Below are positions 10,071 to 20,405 of a stretch of 64,000 nt of DNA, one piece after another. Source of the stretch: Phenylobacterium sp. (GTDB lineage: Bacteria; Pseudomonadota; Alphaproteobacteria; Caulobacterales; Caulobacteraceae). The notes under the pieces were generated by a model that worked only from the letters and a program-made list of their open reading frames with translations, was not told the origin of the DNA and made no database searches. Within the stretch, counting starts at the first letter, position 1. Each line of letters starts with the position of its first letter. The stretch is taken from the NCBI RefSeq assembly GCF_030646615.1, contig NZ_JAUSLG010000023.1, positions 17,985 through 81,984 on the forward strand, written 5' to 3'. A program made the position numbers and the translations under genes.

Positions 10071-11051
10071 TCAGAAGCGCAGCACGCAGGCGCCCCAGGT
10101 CAGGCCACCGCCCATGGCCTCCAGCAACAGAAGGTCGCCGGGTTTGATGCGGCCATCGGCCACGGCGACGGCCATGGCGAGTGGGATGGAGGCCGCCGAG
10201 GTGTTGGCGTGATCAGCCACCGTCGTGACCACCTTGGACTCCGGAATGCCCAGGCGCCGCGCCACCCCTTCCAGGATCCGCATATTGGCCTGGTGGGGGA
10301 CGAACCAGTCCACCGTGGCGACCTCGATCCCGGCGTCGGCCGCGGCGGCCGTGACCGCTTCGGAGATGTTGACCACGGCGTGGCGGAACACCTGGTTGCC
10401 CTGCATCCGCAGCTTGCCCACCTCGCCGTTGGTCGAGGGGCCGCCGTCCACATAGAGCAGGTCCTGCTTGGTCCCGTCGGCGCGGAGCGCAAAGCCCAGC
10501 AGGCCGCGATCCTCAGTGGTCCCCGCCCCGGCCACCGGTTCCAGGACGACGGCGCCGGCCCCGTCGCCGAACAGCACGCAGGTGCCGCGGTCGGTCCAGT
10601 CCATCAGCCGGGTCATGGTCTCGGCCCCGATCACCAGGGCGCACCTGGACCGCCCATGGGCCACGAAGCCATCAGCCACCGACAGGGCGTAGACGAAGCC
10701 CGAGCAGACCGCCTGGATGTCAAAAGCTATGCCCACCGGGCAGCCCAGCTTGCGCTGGACGATGGCCGCGGTCGCCGGGAAGGTCAGGTCCGGGGTCGTG
10801 GTGGCGACGATGATCAGGTCGATATCGTCCGGCGTGCGGCCGGCCGCCGCCAGGGCCTTGCGCGCGGCTTCCACGGCCAGGTCTGAAACGGCCTGGTCGG
10901 GCGCGGCGCGATGGCGCTGCCGGATCCCCGTCCGTTCGCGGATCCATTCGTCGCTGGTGTCGACAAAGCGGGACAGATCGTCATTGGTGACGACGTCGTC
11001 GGGCAGATAGCCGCCCACACCGGTCACAGCGCTGCGAAGCACGGAACTCAC
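10071..11051 (-). CDS. fabH: Beta-ketoacyl-ACP synthase III
   Basis: The 326-aa ORF has the active-site AVCSGFVYAL, then HQANMRI and GGGLTWG. Confidence 0.93.
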   Translation of the reverse strand: MSSVLRSAVTGVGGYLPDDVVTNDDLSRFVDTSDEWIRERTGIRQRHRAAPDQAVSDLAVEAARKALAAAGRTPDDIDLIIVATTTPDLTFPATAAIVQRKLGCPVGIAFDIQAVCSGFVYALSVADGFVAHGRSRCALVIGAETMTRLMDWTDRGTCVLFGDGAGAVVLEPVAGAGTTEDRGLLGFALRADGTKQDLLYVDGGPSTNGEVGKLRMQGNQVFRHAVVNISEAVTAAAADAGIEVATVDWFVPHQANMRILEGVARRLGIPESKVVTTVADHANTSAASIPLAMAVAVADGRIKPGDLLLLEAMGGGLTWGACVLRF

Positions 11052-12104
11052 TCACTCGCCTCCCTGGCCCGCGGGCGGCGGCGGACTGGCGCCGAAGCCG
11101 AGACGGGTCATGCTTCGCGTGATCTCGGCCACAAAATCGTTGCGCGCCAGATCCGCGGCCACCTGAATTGCGTCGGCGAAGTCGCGAATCTCGGCTCCGC
11201 CATGGCTCTTGACCACCACACCATTGAGGCCAAGCAGGGGCGCTGCGGCCGGCGGGCTGAGCTTTTCGCGGAAGGCCAGCAGCGCCTTGCGCGCCATCAT
11301 CGCCCCGAGCTTGGACGGCAGGCTCGACATCAGGGCCGTGCGCAGCTCGCTGGTGATGAACTTGGCCACACCCTCGGCCGTCTTCAGGGCCACATTGCCG
11401 GTGAAGCCGTCGGTGACGACCACGTCAACCACGCCGCGCGTCAGGTCGTCCCCCTCGATGAAGCCGTAATAGTTCAGGCCGAACCCGCCTTCGCGCAGCA
11501 TGCGGTGGGCCTCGCGGACCTCCTCATGGCCCTTGATGTCCTCAGAGCCGACGTTCAACAGGCCGATGCTGGGGCGCTCCACCCCATGGGCGGCGCGGTG
11601 GAAGGCCTCGCCGAGGATGGCGAACTCCACCAGCCGCGCGGCGTCGCAGTCCACATTGGCGCCGACGTCCAGCACCGTGGTGAAGCCCGAGACGGTGGGC
11701 CAGCTGGCGGTCAGACAGGGGCGCTCCAGATCGGCGCTCATCCGCAGCACGAGCTTGGAGATCGCCATCAAGGCGCCGGTATTGCCGGCCGAGACGGCCC
11801 CCTGGGCCTCGCCGATCTTCACCGATTCGACGGCGTTCCACATGCTCGAGCCCTTGCCCCGGCGCAGGGCCGTGGCGGGCTTTTCATCGCTGGCCACCAC
11901 CTTGTCGGTGTGGCGCACCTCGACCTTGCCGGCCAGCTTCGGCAGGCAGGCCAGTTCTGGCTCAATGAGGGCGGCGTCCCCATGGGCGAGGAAGGAAAGC
12001 CCCTCCCCCATCTTGGCCGCGGCATGGGCCAGGGCCGGAATGGTGACGGCCGGGCCGTGGTCGCCGCCCATGGCGTCGATGGATATGGTGACCGATTGGC
12101 TCAC
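11052..12104 (-). CDS. plsX: Phosphate acyltransferase PlsX
   Basis: The 350-aa ORF has ISIDAMGGDHGP...GNTGALMA...LLNVGSE...DVVVTDGFTGNVALKT. It directly abuts fabH. Confidence 0.93.
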   Translation of the reverse strand: MSQSVTISIDAMGGDHGPAVTIPALAHAAAKMGEGLSFLAHGDAALIEPELACLPKLAGKVEVRHTDKVVASDEKPATALRRGKGSSMWNAVESVKIGEAQGAVSAGNTGALMAISKLVLRMSADLERPCLTASWPTVSGFTTVLDVGANVDCDAARLVEFAILGEAFHRAAHGVERPSIGLLNVGSEDIKGHEEVREAHRMLREGGFGLNYYGFIEGDDLTRGVVDVVVTDGFTGNVALKTAEGVAKFITSELRTALMSSLPSKLGAMMARKALLAFREKLSPPAAAPLLGLNGVVVKSHGGAEIRDFADAIQVAADLARNDFVAEITRSMTRLGFGASPPPPAGQGGE

Positions 12105-12167
12105 GACGTGAATTCAGCCCCTGTTCGCCGCAGGTCCGCGGCGTTGTGCCCGGCGCATGGCCGAGGA

Positions 12168-12686
12168 TCACCCATTGTCGTCCTTCAGCCGCTTAAGCAC
12201 GGCGAAGGGCGAGTCGTCATCCTGCGGCGGCGCGTAATCGAAGGTTTCCCCCGGCAGTCGGGGGAAGGGGTCGATCTCGACGGCCAGGTGTTCGACCACA
12301 TAGGCGGCCAGGTCGACGGTGTCGCCTTCGAGAATTTCAGGCGGATCGGGCGATTCGGGATCAAGTTCGATCTCGACTTCCGGGTCGGGCGCATTGGGGC
12401 TGCCCGCAGGCACGAGACGAACCTCGATCGGCCCCTCGACCGTCTGGTCGAAGACCTCAAGGGAAAGACCCGATTCCTGTTCGACCACGGCCTGGAACCG
12501 GCCGCCGATCTCCACGCCGTCCAGCCAGGTGCGCAGGCGCAGATCTGCGCTGAGGCTCTTGATCGCGCGCACGCCGAGCTGCGGCGCAAGCGCCTTGAGG
12601 ATCGCCGCGTCCGGCTCCAGCCGCAGAGTGACCGGCCCCCGGGCCAGGGCGCCCATCTTGAACGGGTGGGTCCAGGCCTCGGTCAC
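12168..12686 (-). CDS. YceD/DUF177 family protein
   Basis: The 172-aa acidic protein sits upstream of plsX, in the conserved yceD position. Its C-terminal DPFPRL...FAVLKRLK pattern fits DUF177. Confidence 0.72.
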   Translation of the reverse strand: MTEAWTHPFKMGALARGPVTLRLEPDAAILKALAPQLGVRAIKSLSADLRLRTWLDGVEIGGRFQAVVEQESGLSLEVFDQTVEGPIEVRLVPAGSPNAPDPEVEIELDPESPDPPEILEGDTVDLAAYVVEHLAVEIDPFPRLPGETFDYAPPQDDDSPFAVLKRLKDDNG

Positions 12687-13213
12687 GGCGCCACCCAGGC
12701 GACGTCGCCGGCGAGGAAGGCCTCCAGGGGCTGGTCGGCCAGGCCCTGACGCTGGCGCAGCACATAGGCCACCATCGAGGCCGTGGGGGCCTCTGCAGCC
12801 TCGGCATAGACCGTGCGCCCAAGCAGGGCCGCCAGAGGCTCGTCGTCCGGCAGGGCCGCCAGGGCGGTCTCATACGACTTCACCCGGCCGTAGAAGGCCT
12901 CGCCCAGCTTGCGCATCTTCTTGCCGACCGACAGGTCGCCGACGCCCATCTCGCGCAGGGCGTCGTCCAGGGCCGAGACATAGGCGTCGAACAGGGCCTG
13001 AGCGGTGTCGGCGGCGGCCTCGCCCTGGCGCTTCAGACGATCCAGCAGCAGGACCACATGCAGGGAATAGAGTTCGAACCGGCCCTCGACCGTGTCGGGC
13101 GCCCCCAGGCGGCTGTAGAATTCGGGCTGGCGGGCCTGAAACACGACCTCGGCATAGAGCTTCTGCCCCGCGACCTTTGCGGGTTTTGGACGAAAGAGAC
13201 GCTCCAGGATCAT
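12683..13213 (-). CDS. Ubiquinol-cytochrome c chaperone (Cbp3/UQCC) family protein
   Basis: MILERLFRPKPAKVAGQKLYAEVVFQARQPEFY...GRFELYSLHVVLLLDRL...FDAYVSALDDALREMGVGDLSVGKKMRKL matches the bacterial Cbp3-like family. The long N-terminal extension of the track ORF is a shadow frame over bamE. An alternative ATG lies at 13255. Confidence 0.7.
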   Translation of the reverse strand: MILERLFRPKPAKVAGQKLYAEVVFQARQPEFYSRLGAPDTVEGRFELYSLHVVLLLDRLKRQGEAAADTAQALFDAYVSALDDALREMGVGDLSVGKKMRKLGEAFYGRVKSYETALAALPDDEPLAALLGRTVYAEAAEAPTASMVAYVLRQRQGLADQPLEAFLAGDVAWVAP

Positions 13214-13318
13214 CTTGGCCTCGATTTCGCCGCCACAGGGCGTTAACGGCGGCATTGAACTAAGGCCCCGCGGGCGATAGGTCAAAGTCTTGAAATCTTG
13301 AACAGGTCCGGTTCCCAC

Positions 13319-13801
13319 ATGTTTCGCCGTGTCGCCTTCGCCGCCCTTACGGTCGGACTGCTGACCACCAGCGCCTGCGCGCCGATGACCACCTATTCCG
13401 GATTCCAGGCGATCGACGCCAATCCCAAGGACATCAAGGTCGGCGAGGACACCAAGTCGACCGTCCGCGGCAGCCTCGGATCGCCCTCGGCCACCTCGAC
13501 CTTCGAGGACGACGTCTGGTTCTATATCGCCCAGGTGAAGGAGCGCGTGGCCTTCCGGCGAGCCCAGGTGGTCAACCGCGAAGTGGTGTCCATCACCTTC
13601 AATCCCGAAACGGAAGTGGTCGAGACGGTGGACCACTACACCCTCGAGGACGGCAAGGTCATCGCCTATAACGACCGCGAAACCCCGACCCGCGGCCGTG
13701 AGCTGACGGTGCTGGAGCAGCTGCTGGGCAATGTGGGCCGTGGCGGCATGCTGCCCCGGGACGACGAAGGGGTGCCCGGCACCCGCCCCGGCGACCGTTA
13801 G
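13319..13801 (+). CDS. bamE: Outer membrane protein assembly factor BamE (SmpA/OmlA lipoprotein)
   Basis: There is a lipobox (LLTTSAC), followed by GFQAIDANPKDIKVGEDTKSTVRGSLGSPSATSTF..DVWFYI, which is the SmpA/OmlA pattern. The ATG at 13319 is preferred over the TTG at 13298. Confidence 0.75.
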   Translation: MFRRVAFAALTVGLLTTSACAPMTTYSGFQAIDANPKDIKVGEDTKSTVRGSLGSPSATSTFEDDVWFYIAQVKERVAFRRAQVVNREVVSITFNPETEVVETVDHYTLEDGKVIAYNDRETPTRGRELTVLEQLLGNVGRGGMLPRDDEGVPGTRPGDR

Positions 13802-13827
13802 AACGCCCTCCCCCATCCACTATGAGA

Positions 13828-13865
13828 AACGCCCCGGAGATCGCTCTCCGGGGCGTTCTTCGTTT
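13828..13865 (+). terminator. Rho-independent terminator after bamE (also sits just downstream of convergent hppA)
   Basis: A perfect 13-bp stem AACGCCCCGGAGA / TCTCCGGGGCGTT has the tetraloop TCGC and is followed by CTTCGTTT. Confidence 0.65.
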
Positions 13866-13884
13866 GGGGCCTTGAAGCCTCAGG

Positions 13885-16008
13885 CTATCCGACGCCGTGG
13901 GCGAGGACGGCCAGCAGCAGCAGGGCCACGATGTTGGTGATCTTGATCATCGGGTTCACCGCCGGACCGGCGGTGTCCTTATAGGGGTCGCCGACGGTGT
14001 CGCCGGTGACGGCGGCCTTGTGGGCCTCCGACCCCTTGCCGCCGTGGTGGCCCTCTTCGATCAGCTTCTTGGCGTTGTCCCAGGCGCCGCCGCCGGAGGT
14101 CATCGAGATGGCCACGAACAGGCCCGTGACGATCACCCCCATCAGCATGGCGCCAAGGGCGGAGAAGGCGTCGCCCTTGCCTGCGATGGCCATGATCACA
14201 AAGAACAGCACCACCGGCGAGACGACCGGCAGCAGGCTGGGCACGATCATCTCGCGGATGGCGGCCTTGGTCAGGATGTCGACGGCCCGACCGTACTCCG
14301 GCTTGACCTCGCCGGTCATGATGCCGGGGTTCTCCTTGAACTGGCGGCGAACCTCGACGACGACGGCCTCGGCCGCCCGGCCCACGGCAGTCATGGACAT
14401 ACCCCCGAACAGGAAGGGCAAGAGGCCGCCGAACAGCAGGCCGACCACGACGTAGGGGTTCGACAGGTCGAAGGCGACCTGGGTCATGCCCTCGAAGAAC
14501 GAGCCGGGTTCGGCCGTGGCGATGAAGTAGCGCAGGTCCTCGGTATAGGCGGCGAACAGCACCAGGGCGCCGAGGCCGGCCGAGCCGATGGCGTAGCCCT
14601 TGGTCACCGCCTTGGTGGTGTTGCCGACCGCGTCGAGGGCGTCGGTGGAGACGCGGACCTCAGCGGGCAGGCCCGCCATTTCCGCGATGCCGCCGGCGTT
14701 GTCGGTGACCGGGCCAAAGGCGTCCAGGGCGACGATGAAGCCCGCCAGGGACAGCATGGCCGTGGTGGCGATGGCGATGCCGAACAGCCCGGCCAGGCCA
14801 TTGGCGACGATGATGCCGGCGATGATCACCAGGGCCGGAAGGGCCGTGGACTCAAGGCTCACGGCCAGGCCCTGGATGACATTGGTGCCATGGCCCGAGA
14901 CGCTGGACTTGGCCACCGACTTCACCGGCCGGAAGGCGGTGCTTGTATAATATTCGGTGATCACGACGATGGCCGCGGTCACGGCCAGGCCGACCAGGCC
15001 GCAATAGAACAGCGACATGCCGTCGAAGCTGCGCGCGCCCACACTGACCACGCCAGGAACCATGGTGGTGGTGACCCACCAGATGGCGCCGACCGACAAC
15101 AGACCGGTGACGATCAGCCCTTGATAGAGGGCGCCCATGATGTTGCGCGACTTGCCCAGCCGGACAAAGAAGGTGCCGATGATCGAGGTGATGATGCAGA
15201 CCCCGCAGATGGCCAGGGGCAGCAGCATCATGGTTTCGACCGCGGCGGTTCCGCGGAAGAAGATCGCCGCCAGCACCATGGTGGCCACCGTGGTCACCGC
15301 ATAGGTCTCGAACAGGTCGGCGGCCATGCCGGCGCAGTCGCCGACATTGTCGCCCACATTGTCGGCGATGGTGGCGGCGTTGCGCGGGTCATCCTCGGGG
15401 ATGCCGGCCTCCACCTTGCCCACCATGTCGCCGCCCACGTCGGCGCCCTTGGTGAAGATGCCTCCGCCCAGGCGGGCGAAGATCGAGATCAGCGAGGCGC
15501 CGAAGCCCAGGGCCACCAGGGAGTCCACCACGGTGCGGCTGGTCAGGTCATGGTCGAGGGGACCGGTGAGGACGAAGAAATAGCCCGCCACGCCCACCAG
15601 GGCGAATCCCGCCACCAGCATGCCGGTGACCGCGCCCGAACGGAACGCCAGCGAAAGGCCCTTTTCCAGGCTCTCGGAGGCCGCCTGAGCGGTTCGCACA
15701 TTGGCCCGAACCGAGATCAGCATACCGGCGAAGCCTGCGCCGCCCGACAGGACGGCGCCGACCACGAAGCCGATGGCCGGCTCCGGACCAAGCAGCAGCC
15801 AGACCGCGATCAGGATCACGACGCCGACCATGGCGATGGTGGTGTACTGGCGGCGCAGATAGGCCTGGGCGCCTTCCTGGATCGCCGCAGCGATCTCCTG
15901 CATCCGTTCGTTGCCGGGTGAAGCCCGCATCAGGAATGCGGACTGGACGATGCCGTAAAGCACCGCCAGCAAGCCGGCGACAATCACCAGCGTAAGCACG
16001 AGACTCAT
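13885..16008 (-). CDS. hppA: Membrane-bound proton-translocating pyrophosphatase
   Basis: The 707-aa polytopic ORF has the H+-PPase motifs [39 protein letters not shown] and [23 protein letters not shown]. Confidence 0.94.
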   Translation of the reverse strand: MSLVLTLVIVAGLLAVLYGIVQSAFLMRASPGNERMQEIAAAIQEGAQAYLRRQYTTIAMVGVVILIAVWLLLGPEPAIGFVVGAVLSGGAGFAGMLISVRANVRTAQAASESLEKGLSLAFRSGAVTGMLVAGFALVGVAGYFFVLTGPLDHDLTSRTVVDSLVALGFGASLISIFARLGGGIFTKGADVGGDMVGKVEAGIPEDDPRNAATIADNVGDNVGDCAGMAADLFETYAVTTVATMVLAAIFFRGTAAVETMMLLPLAICGVCIITSIIGTFFVRLGKSRNIMGALYQGLIVTGLLSVGAIWWVTTTMVPGVVSVGARSFDGMSLFYCGLVGLAVTAAIVVITEYYTSTAFRPVKSVAKSSVSGHGTNVIQGLAVSLESTALPALVIIAGIIVANGLAGLFGIAIATTAMLSLAGFIVALDAFGPVTDNAGGIAEMAGLPAEVRVSTDALDAVGNTTKAVTKGYAIGSAGLGALVLFAAYTEDLRYFIATAEPGSFFEGMTQVAFDLSNPYVVVGLLFGGLLPFLFGGMSMTAVGRAAEAVVVEVRRQFKENPGIMTGEVKPEYGRAVDILTKAAIREMIVPSLLPVVSPVVLFFVIMAIAGKGDAFSALGAMLMGVIVTGLFVAISMTSGGGAWDNAKKLIEEGHHGGKGSEAHKAAVTGDTVGDPYKDTAGPAVNPMIKITNIVALLLLAVLAHGVG

Positions 16009-16208
16009 CGTTTAGGCGCCCCTTTGAATGGCGCGAACCGGCTCAGGCTCGCCCCCGAATGGAGACCGCCCCCGGTCGCTACGTTTCCTCTTGGTTGGGC
16101 CGGCGTACATGCGCCGACCCTTGTTCTTTAGCCCTGGGACTGTGCCAAGGTTGCCAAGGGGGCGCAACGGTTGTGGTGGACGGGTCGCTCGCCCTGAGGC
16201 GCGCGCGA

Positions 16209-16643
16209 TCAGGCGCTGGGGGGCTTAGGCACGCCCGTGCGCCGCTTGGCCGTCTGGGACATGACCGAGACGGACTGGATATCCTTGCCGCCCAGGCGAA
16301 CGGCCTCCTTGAGCATCACCGCCTTCAGGCGGGCGACGTCGAGGCTCAGATAGTCCTCTTTGCTGGTGAACGGCGTGCGATGGCCCGCCCGCACCAGGGC
16401 GTCGCGGAAGAAGGGCTCGCGTTCCCTGAGCTTCTGGATATTGGCCACCTGCGACAGGTTCAGGCGCACGGCGACGAAGATGTAGTTGACCACCAGGTCG
16501 CGGGCCACGACCGGCAGGGCGACCGGCGAGATGTCCACATACTGGCCGCCGGCCGCCTTCTCCTTCGGGGGCGCCCCGGCCGCAAGGCTGGGACCGGCCA
16601 GAAGGGTCACAGGCAGGGCGGAGATGAAGGCGCGGCGCAGCAT
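16209..16643 (-). CDS. Hypothetical exported protein (weak FliL-like sequence pattern)
   Basis: The 144-aa ORF has a signal peptide (MLRRAFISALPVTLLAGPSLAA) and normal amino-acid composition. The overlapping 16225..16650 frame is an Arg/Pro/Gly-rich shadow. I recognise no confident family. Confidence 0.5.
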   Translation of the reverse strand: MLRRAFISALPVTLLAGPSLAAGAPPKEKAAGGQYVDISPVALPVVARDLVVNYIFVAVRLNLSQVANIQKLREREPFFRDALVRAGHRTPFTSKEDYLSLDVARLKAVMLKEAVRLGGKDIQSVSVMSQTAKRRTGVPKPPSA

Positions 16644-16700
16644 GGCGCAAGCTTAGCCCTGACAGGGTTGCCGCCGTCTTTACGACGCCCCATGCCAGCC

Positions 16701-17669
16701 TCAGGTGTGGGTCCAGCCCCCCGGCCCCGTCGGCGCGGGCCTTCCGTCGATCAGGGCCTGGACCCCCTCGCCGGCTTCGACCATGCCGATCACCGACAGT
16801 CCCAGCCGGTCGCTGGCCCCAGGCGGCGCAGTCAGGACGAGCTCGTAATCATCGCCGGATGTGGCCAGCGTGATGAGGGCCTGGCGGCGGTCAGGCTGAC
16901 GAGCCAGCCAGGCTGCGCCAGCCGGCGAAAGGGGCATGCGATCCAGATCCAGGCGAAGGACCACGCCGCTGGCCCGGGCGATATGGCCGGCGTCGGCGAC
17001 CAGGCCATCGGAGATGTCGGCGCAGGCGCTGGCCTGGTCTCGCAGGGGTTCGATAAGGTCCAGGCGCGGTCGTGGCAGGCGGTAGCGCTCGGCCAGATAG
17101 CCGTCCGGATCGCCAAGCTCGCCCATGACGGCCTTGAGGCCCAGCCAGCCGTCGCCGATTGGCCCGCTGACCATCACCAGATCCCCCGGCCGCGCGCCGG
17201 AGCGACGCACGGCGCGCCCCTGCGGGACCCAGCCCAGAAGGGTCAGGCTGGCGACCATCGGGCCTGAGGTCGATACGGTGTCGCCCCCCAGCAGGCTCAG
17301 ATCGAAGGCCTCACCGTCGAAGCGCAGGCCTTCGGCGAACAGCTCGCGCGCCGCCAGGTTCGTCCCCGAGGGCCAGGCCACGGCGAGAAAATAGCCGTAG
17401 GGCGCAGCGCCCATGGCCGCCAGGTCCGAAAGGTTGGTCCGCAGCAGCTTGCGCGCCACGAGGTCGAGCGCCTCGCCGACGGGGAAATGCACCCCCTCCA
17501 CCAGAGCGTCCTTGGTAACCACCAGGTCAAAACCCGGGCGCTGGGGGATCACCGCGGCGTCGTCCAGCAGGCCCAGGGCCTCAGGCGCCCCGCGGGTCAG
17601 GGGCCGGTAGAGCCGGGCGATCTGCTCGAACTCGTCCGGCTGGGCTGGGCTGTCTTCAGGCCCGGACAT
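16701..17669 (-). CDS. thiL: Thiamine-monophosphate kinase
   Basis: [12 protein letters not shown]...GLLDDAAVI...DALVEGVHF... and GGDTVS match AIR-synthase-like ThiL. The start is trimmed to the ATG at 17669, giving a 14-nt overlap with nusB. Confidence 0.85.
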   Translation of the reverse strand: MSGPEDSPAQPDEFEQIARLYRPLTRGAPEALGLLDDAAVIPQRPGFDLVVTKDALVEGVHFPVGEALDLVARKLLRTNLSDLAAMGAAPYGYFLAVAWPSGTNLAARELFAEGLRFDGEAFDLSLLGGDTVSTSGPMVASLTLLGWVPQGRAVRRSGARPGDLVMVSGPIGDGWLGLKAVMGELGDPDGYLAERYRLPRPRLDLIEPLRDQASACADISDGLVADAGHIARASGVVLRLDLDRMPLSPAGAAWLARQPDRRQALITLATSGDDYELVLTAPPGASDRLGLSVIGMVEAGEGVQALIDGRPAPTGPGGWTHT

Positions 17670-18129
17670 CCTGGGCCACGCCATCGAGGGCGCCGTTGAC
17701 GAAGCCGGGCTCCGGCCCCTCGAAGAAGGACTTGGCCAGCTCGACATACTCATCGATCACCACCTCGGTGGGGATGTCGGACCGTTCGACCAGCTCGTAG
17801 GCGCCGGCCCGCAGGATCGCGCGGGCGGTGGCGTCCAGGCGCTCCAGCCGCCAGCCCTGGGCCAGTCGCTTAACCACGGCTTTGTCCACATCGGCCTGGC
17901 GGGCGATCACGCCGCGCAGGAGCTCGGCGAAAAAGGCCTCATCGGCGCCGCTCAGGGCGAAGCCCTCCACGTCGCGGTCAAAGCGATGGTCGGAGAACTC
18001 ACGGATCACCGCCTCCACGCCGGCGCCCGAGACCTCCATCTGATAGAGGGCCTGGACGACGGCCAGGCGCGCCACCGAACGGGACTGGCGCGGGATGGGA
18101 CCGGTGGGCACGGGGATGTCCTGGCTCAT
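17656..18129 (-). CDS. nusB: Transcription antitermination factor NusB
   Basis: [19 protein letters not shown]... and ...ILRAGAYEL...[15 protein letters not shown] match NusB. The position after ribH is conserved. Confidence 0.9.
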   Translation of the reverse strand: MSQDIPVPTGPIPRQSRSVARLAVVQALYQMEVSGAGVEAVIREFSDHRFDRDVEGFALSGADEAFFAELLRGVIARQADVDKAVVKRLAQGWRLERLDATARAILRAGAYELVERSDIPTEVVIDEYVELAKSFFEGPEPGFVNGALDGVAQDVRA

Positions 18130-18602
18130 TGATCGTGTCCCGACAGCCGCGCCTTCAGGCTGATCATCTCCAGGCAGGCGCGCGCTGCTACGCCGCCGCG
18201 GTCCCCCTGGCTGGCTCGCGCCCGCTCCCAGGCCTGGGCCTCTTCATCGACGGTCAGGACGCCGTTGCCGATGCAGAGGCGTCGGCTGAGCGCCAGGTCC
18301 ATCAGCCCCCGGGCCGATTCGTTGGCTATCACCTCGAAATGGTAGGTCTCGCCGCGGATCACGCAGCCCAGGGCCACATAGCCGTCATACGCCACGCCCC
18401 CGCCGCTGCCCGCAGCGTCGGAGAAGGCGATAGCGGCCGGGATTTCCAGCTCGCCGGGCACGCTCACCACGTCGAACTCGACCGCGTGGGCCGACAGCAC
18501 GTCGGTGGCGCCGGCCAGCAGGGCGTCGGCGATCTGCCCATGGAACCGCGCCTCGACCACGAGGACGCGCAGCTTCTCGTCTTGCATCACAAAATCCAGC
18601 AA
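18126..18602 (-). CDS. ribH: 6,7-dimethyl-8-ribityllumazine synthase
   Basis: The 158-aa ORF has [13 protein letters not shown]...[32 protein letters not shown]. Confidence 0.9.
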   Translation of the reverse strand: MLDFVMQDEKLRVLVVEARFHGQIADALLAGATDVLSAHAVEFDVVSVPGELEIPAAIAFSDAAGSGGGVAYDGYVALGCVIRGETYHFEVIANESARGLMDLALSRRLCIGNGVLTVDEEAQAWERARASQGDRGGVAARACLEMISLKARLSGHDQ

Positions 18603-18632
18603 TCGCGGGAGGCGATCCTAAGGGGACAGCCT

Positions 18633-19223
18633 TTAGGCGGTTTCGCGCCATCGCGCGAGATAGCGCGCCAGCATGTCGATCTCCAGATTGACCTTCGAGC
18701 CCACCGAAAGCCGCCCGAGCGTGGTCACCTCCCAGGTGTGGGGGATCAGATTGACGCCAAAAATGTCGTCCTCGACCTCGTTCACGGTCAGGGAGACGCC
18801 CTCGATCGCAATCGAGCCCTTGGGGGCGATGTAGCGGTGCAGCGGCCGGGGGACGCGCACCTTCACCCGGTGTGACCCGCCCTCGGAGACGATGGAGATG
18901 AGCTCACCCACCCCGTCCACATGGCCCGAGACGATATGACCGCCCAGTTCGTCGCCGACCCGCGCCGAGCGCTCCAGGTTGACGGCGCGGCCCTCGCGCC
19001 ATTCGCCCAGGGTGGTGCGCTCCAGGGTTTCGCCGGAGACCTCGACGGCGAACCAGGTCGGCCCCTTCTCCACCACGGTCAGGCAGCAGCCGGCATGGGC
19101 GATGGAGGCGCCGATATCGACGGTCGCGAGATCAAAGGCGGTCTCGATCTCGAACCTGCGGTCGCGGTCGGTGTCGCGCACGGCGCGCACCCGGCCCACA
19201 TCGGTGACGATTCCGGTGAACAT
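18633..19223 (-). CDS. ribE: Riboflavin synthase (alpha chain)
   Basis: MFTGIVTDVGRV...GASIAHAGCCLTVV...NLERSARVGDELGGHIVSGHVDG...GSIAIEGVSLTVN matches riboflavin synthase. Confidence 0.92.
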   Translation of the reverse strand: MFTGIVTDVGRVRAVRDTDRDRRFEIETAFDLATVDIGASIAHAGCCLTVVEKGPTWFAVEVSGETLERTTLGEWREGRAVNLERSARVGDELGGHIVSGHVDGVGELISIVSEGGSHRVKVRVPRPLHRYIAPKGSIAIEGVSLTVNEVEDDIFGVNLIPHTWEVTTLGRLSVGSKVNLEIDMLARYLARWRETA

Positions 19224-19877
19224 TCAGATCCTTTCGTAGCGTTCCCAAAGGTCGTCGCCGAGCATGACGACCTCGATGCGGCGCATCCGAGGCGCCTGAT
19301 CCAGCGCCGCAAGACCCAGGGCGCCCACGGCCGGTCGGCCATCGCCGCCGATGATCTGCGGCCCGCGAAACCACTCCAGCCGGTCCACGAGACCATGGTG
19401 GAGGAAGCTGGCCGCCACCTGTCCGCCGCCTTCGACGAAGAGGCGCCGCAGCCCGCGCTCAGCCAGAGCGGCGACAACGCCGTGCAGGTCCGAGCGCTCC
19501 CCTTCAGCCGCGGGTGCCGACACGATCTGGACGCCGGCCTCGACCAGGTCCTGCGACGGCGCGCCGGCAGCCACCACATAGACCGGGACATCGCCGGCCG
19601 ACCGGACCAGTCGCGAGGACTTCGGCAGGCGTTGCCGGCTGTCGAGCACCACCCGCGCCGGCTGGCGGCCCGCATACGCCGGCAGGCGGACGGTGAGTTC
19701 AGGATCGTCGGCCAGGGCGGTCTCCGCGCCGATGACGACGGCGTCGTGCTCACTGCGCAGCCGGTGCACCTGGGCGCGGGCCTCAGGCCCGGTGATCCAT
19801 CGGCTCTCCCCGCTGGCGGTGGCGATGCGCCCATCCAGCGAGGTGGCGAGCTTCAGGGTGATCAGGGACGAGGCCAT
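19224..19877 (-). CDS. ribD: 5-amino-6-(5-phosphoribosylamino)uracil reductase, a stand-alone RibD C-terminal domain with no deaminase domain
   Basis: The 217-aa ORF starts directly with the reductase-domain motif ITLKLATSLDGRIATASGESRWITGPEAR...LRSEHDAVVIGAETALADDPELTVR. No CMP/dCMP-type zinc-binding deaminase motif is present. Only 15 nt separate it from nrdR. Confidence 0.8.
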   Translation of the reverse strand: MASSLITLKLATSLDGRIATASGESRWITGPEARAQVHRLRSEHDAVVIGAETALADDPELTVRLPAYAGRQPARVVLDSRQRLPKSSRLVRSAGDVPVYVVAAGAPSQDLVEAGVQIVSAPAAEGERSDLHGVVAALAERGLRRLFVEGGGQVAASFLHHGLVDRLEWFRGPQIIGGDGRPAVGALGLAALDQAPRMRRIEVVMLGDDLWERYERI

Positions 19878-19892
19878 GGGCGAGCGCGCCCT

Positions 19893-20366
19893 CTAGCGCT
19901 CCTCCTCCGGCGCCTCGGACAGGCCCTCGCGCCCCAGGAAGTCGGCGAAGTCGCGGGTTTCGCGGAAGTCCCGGTAGACCGAGGCGTAGCGAACATAGGC
20001 CACGTCATCGAGGGCCTTCAGGGCCTTCATCACCAGTTCGCCGATCACCTCAGAGCCGATCTCGGTCTCGCCCATGCTCTCGAGCTGGCGGGTGATGCCG
20101 TTGACCATCCGATCCACCTGCTCGGGATCGATGGCCCGCTTGCGGGTGGCGATGTCGATGGAGCGCAGCAGCTTCTCCCGCTCGAACGGGGTCCGCCGCC
20201 CCGACCGCTTGATCACGGTCAGTTCGCGGAGCTGGACGCGCTCGAAGGTGGTGAAGCGGCCGCCACAGGCCGGGCAGAGTCGGCGGCGACGGATAGCCGC
20301 CCCGTCTTCCGACGGACGGCTATCCTTCACCTGGCTCTCGCTGTGGCCGCAGAATGGGCATCGCAT
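19893..20366 (-). CDS. nrdR: Transcriptional repressor NrdR
   Basis: [45 protein letters not shown] provides the zinc ribbon, followed by an ATP-cone. Confidence 0.94.
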   Translation of the reverse strand: MRCPFCGHSESQVKDSRPSEDGAAIRRRRLCPACGGRFTTFERVQLRELTVIKRSGRRTPFEREKLLRSIDIATRKRAIDPEQVDRMVNGITRQLESMGETEIGSEVIGELVMKALKALDDVAYVRYASVYRDFRETRDFADFLGREGLSEAPEEER

Positions 20367-20405
20367 CAGGTCAGCCCCTCCCCGGCCGCGTCCTCTTGAT
20401 GAGGC

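Noticed and set aside
12105-12167. The gap where rpmF (L32) is often found between yceD and plsX.
   Set aside because: The gap is only 63 nt, too short for rpmF, and has no ORF. rpmF must be elsewhere, as is common in alphaproteobacteria.
10911-12749. A 612-aa plus-strand ORF antisense to fabH, plsX and yceD.
   Set aside because: The explanation is the same as for the other shadow ORFs. The opposite strand encodes three textbook proteins, and stop-codon paucity in the antisense frame is expected at this GC content.
13897-15921. A 674-aa plus-strand ORF antisense to almost all of hppA.
   Set aside because: It is a shadow of the pyrophosphatase gene, with a composition dominated by G, D, H, R and A and no motifs.
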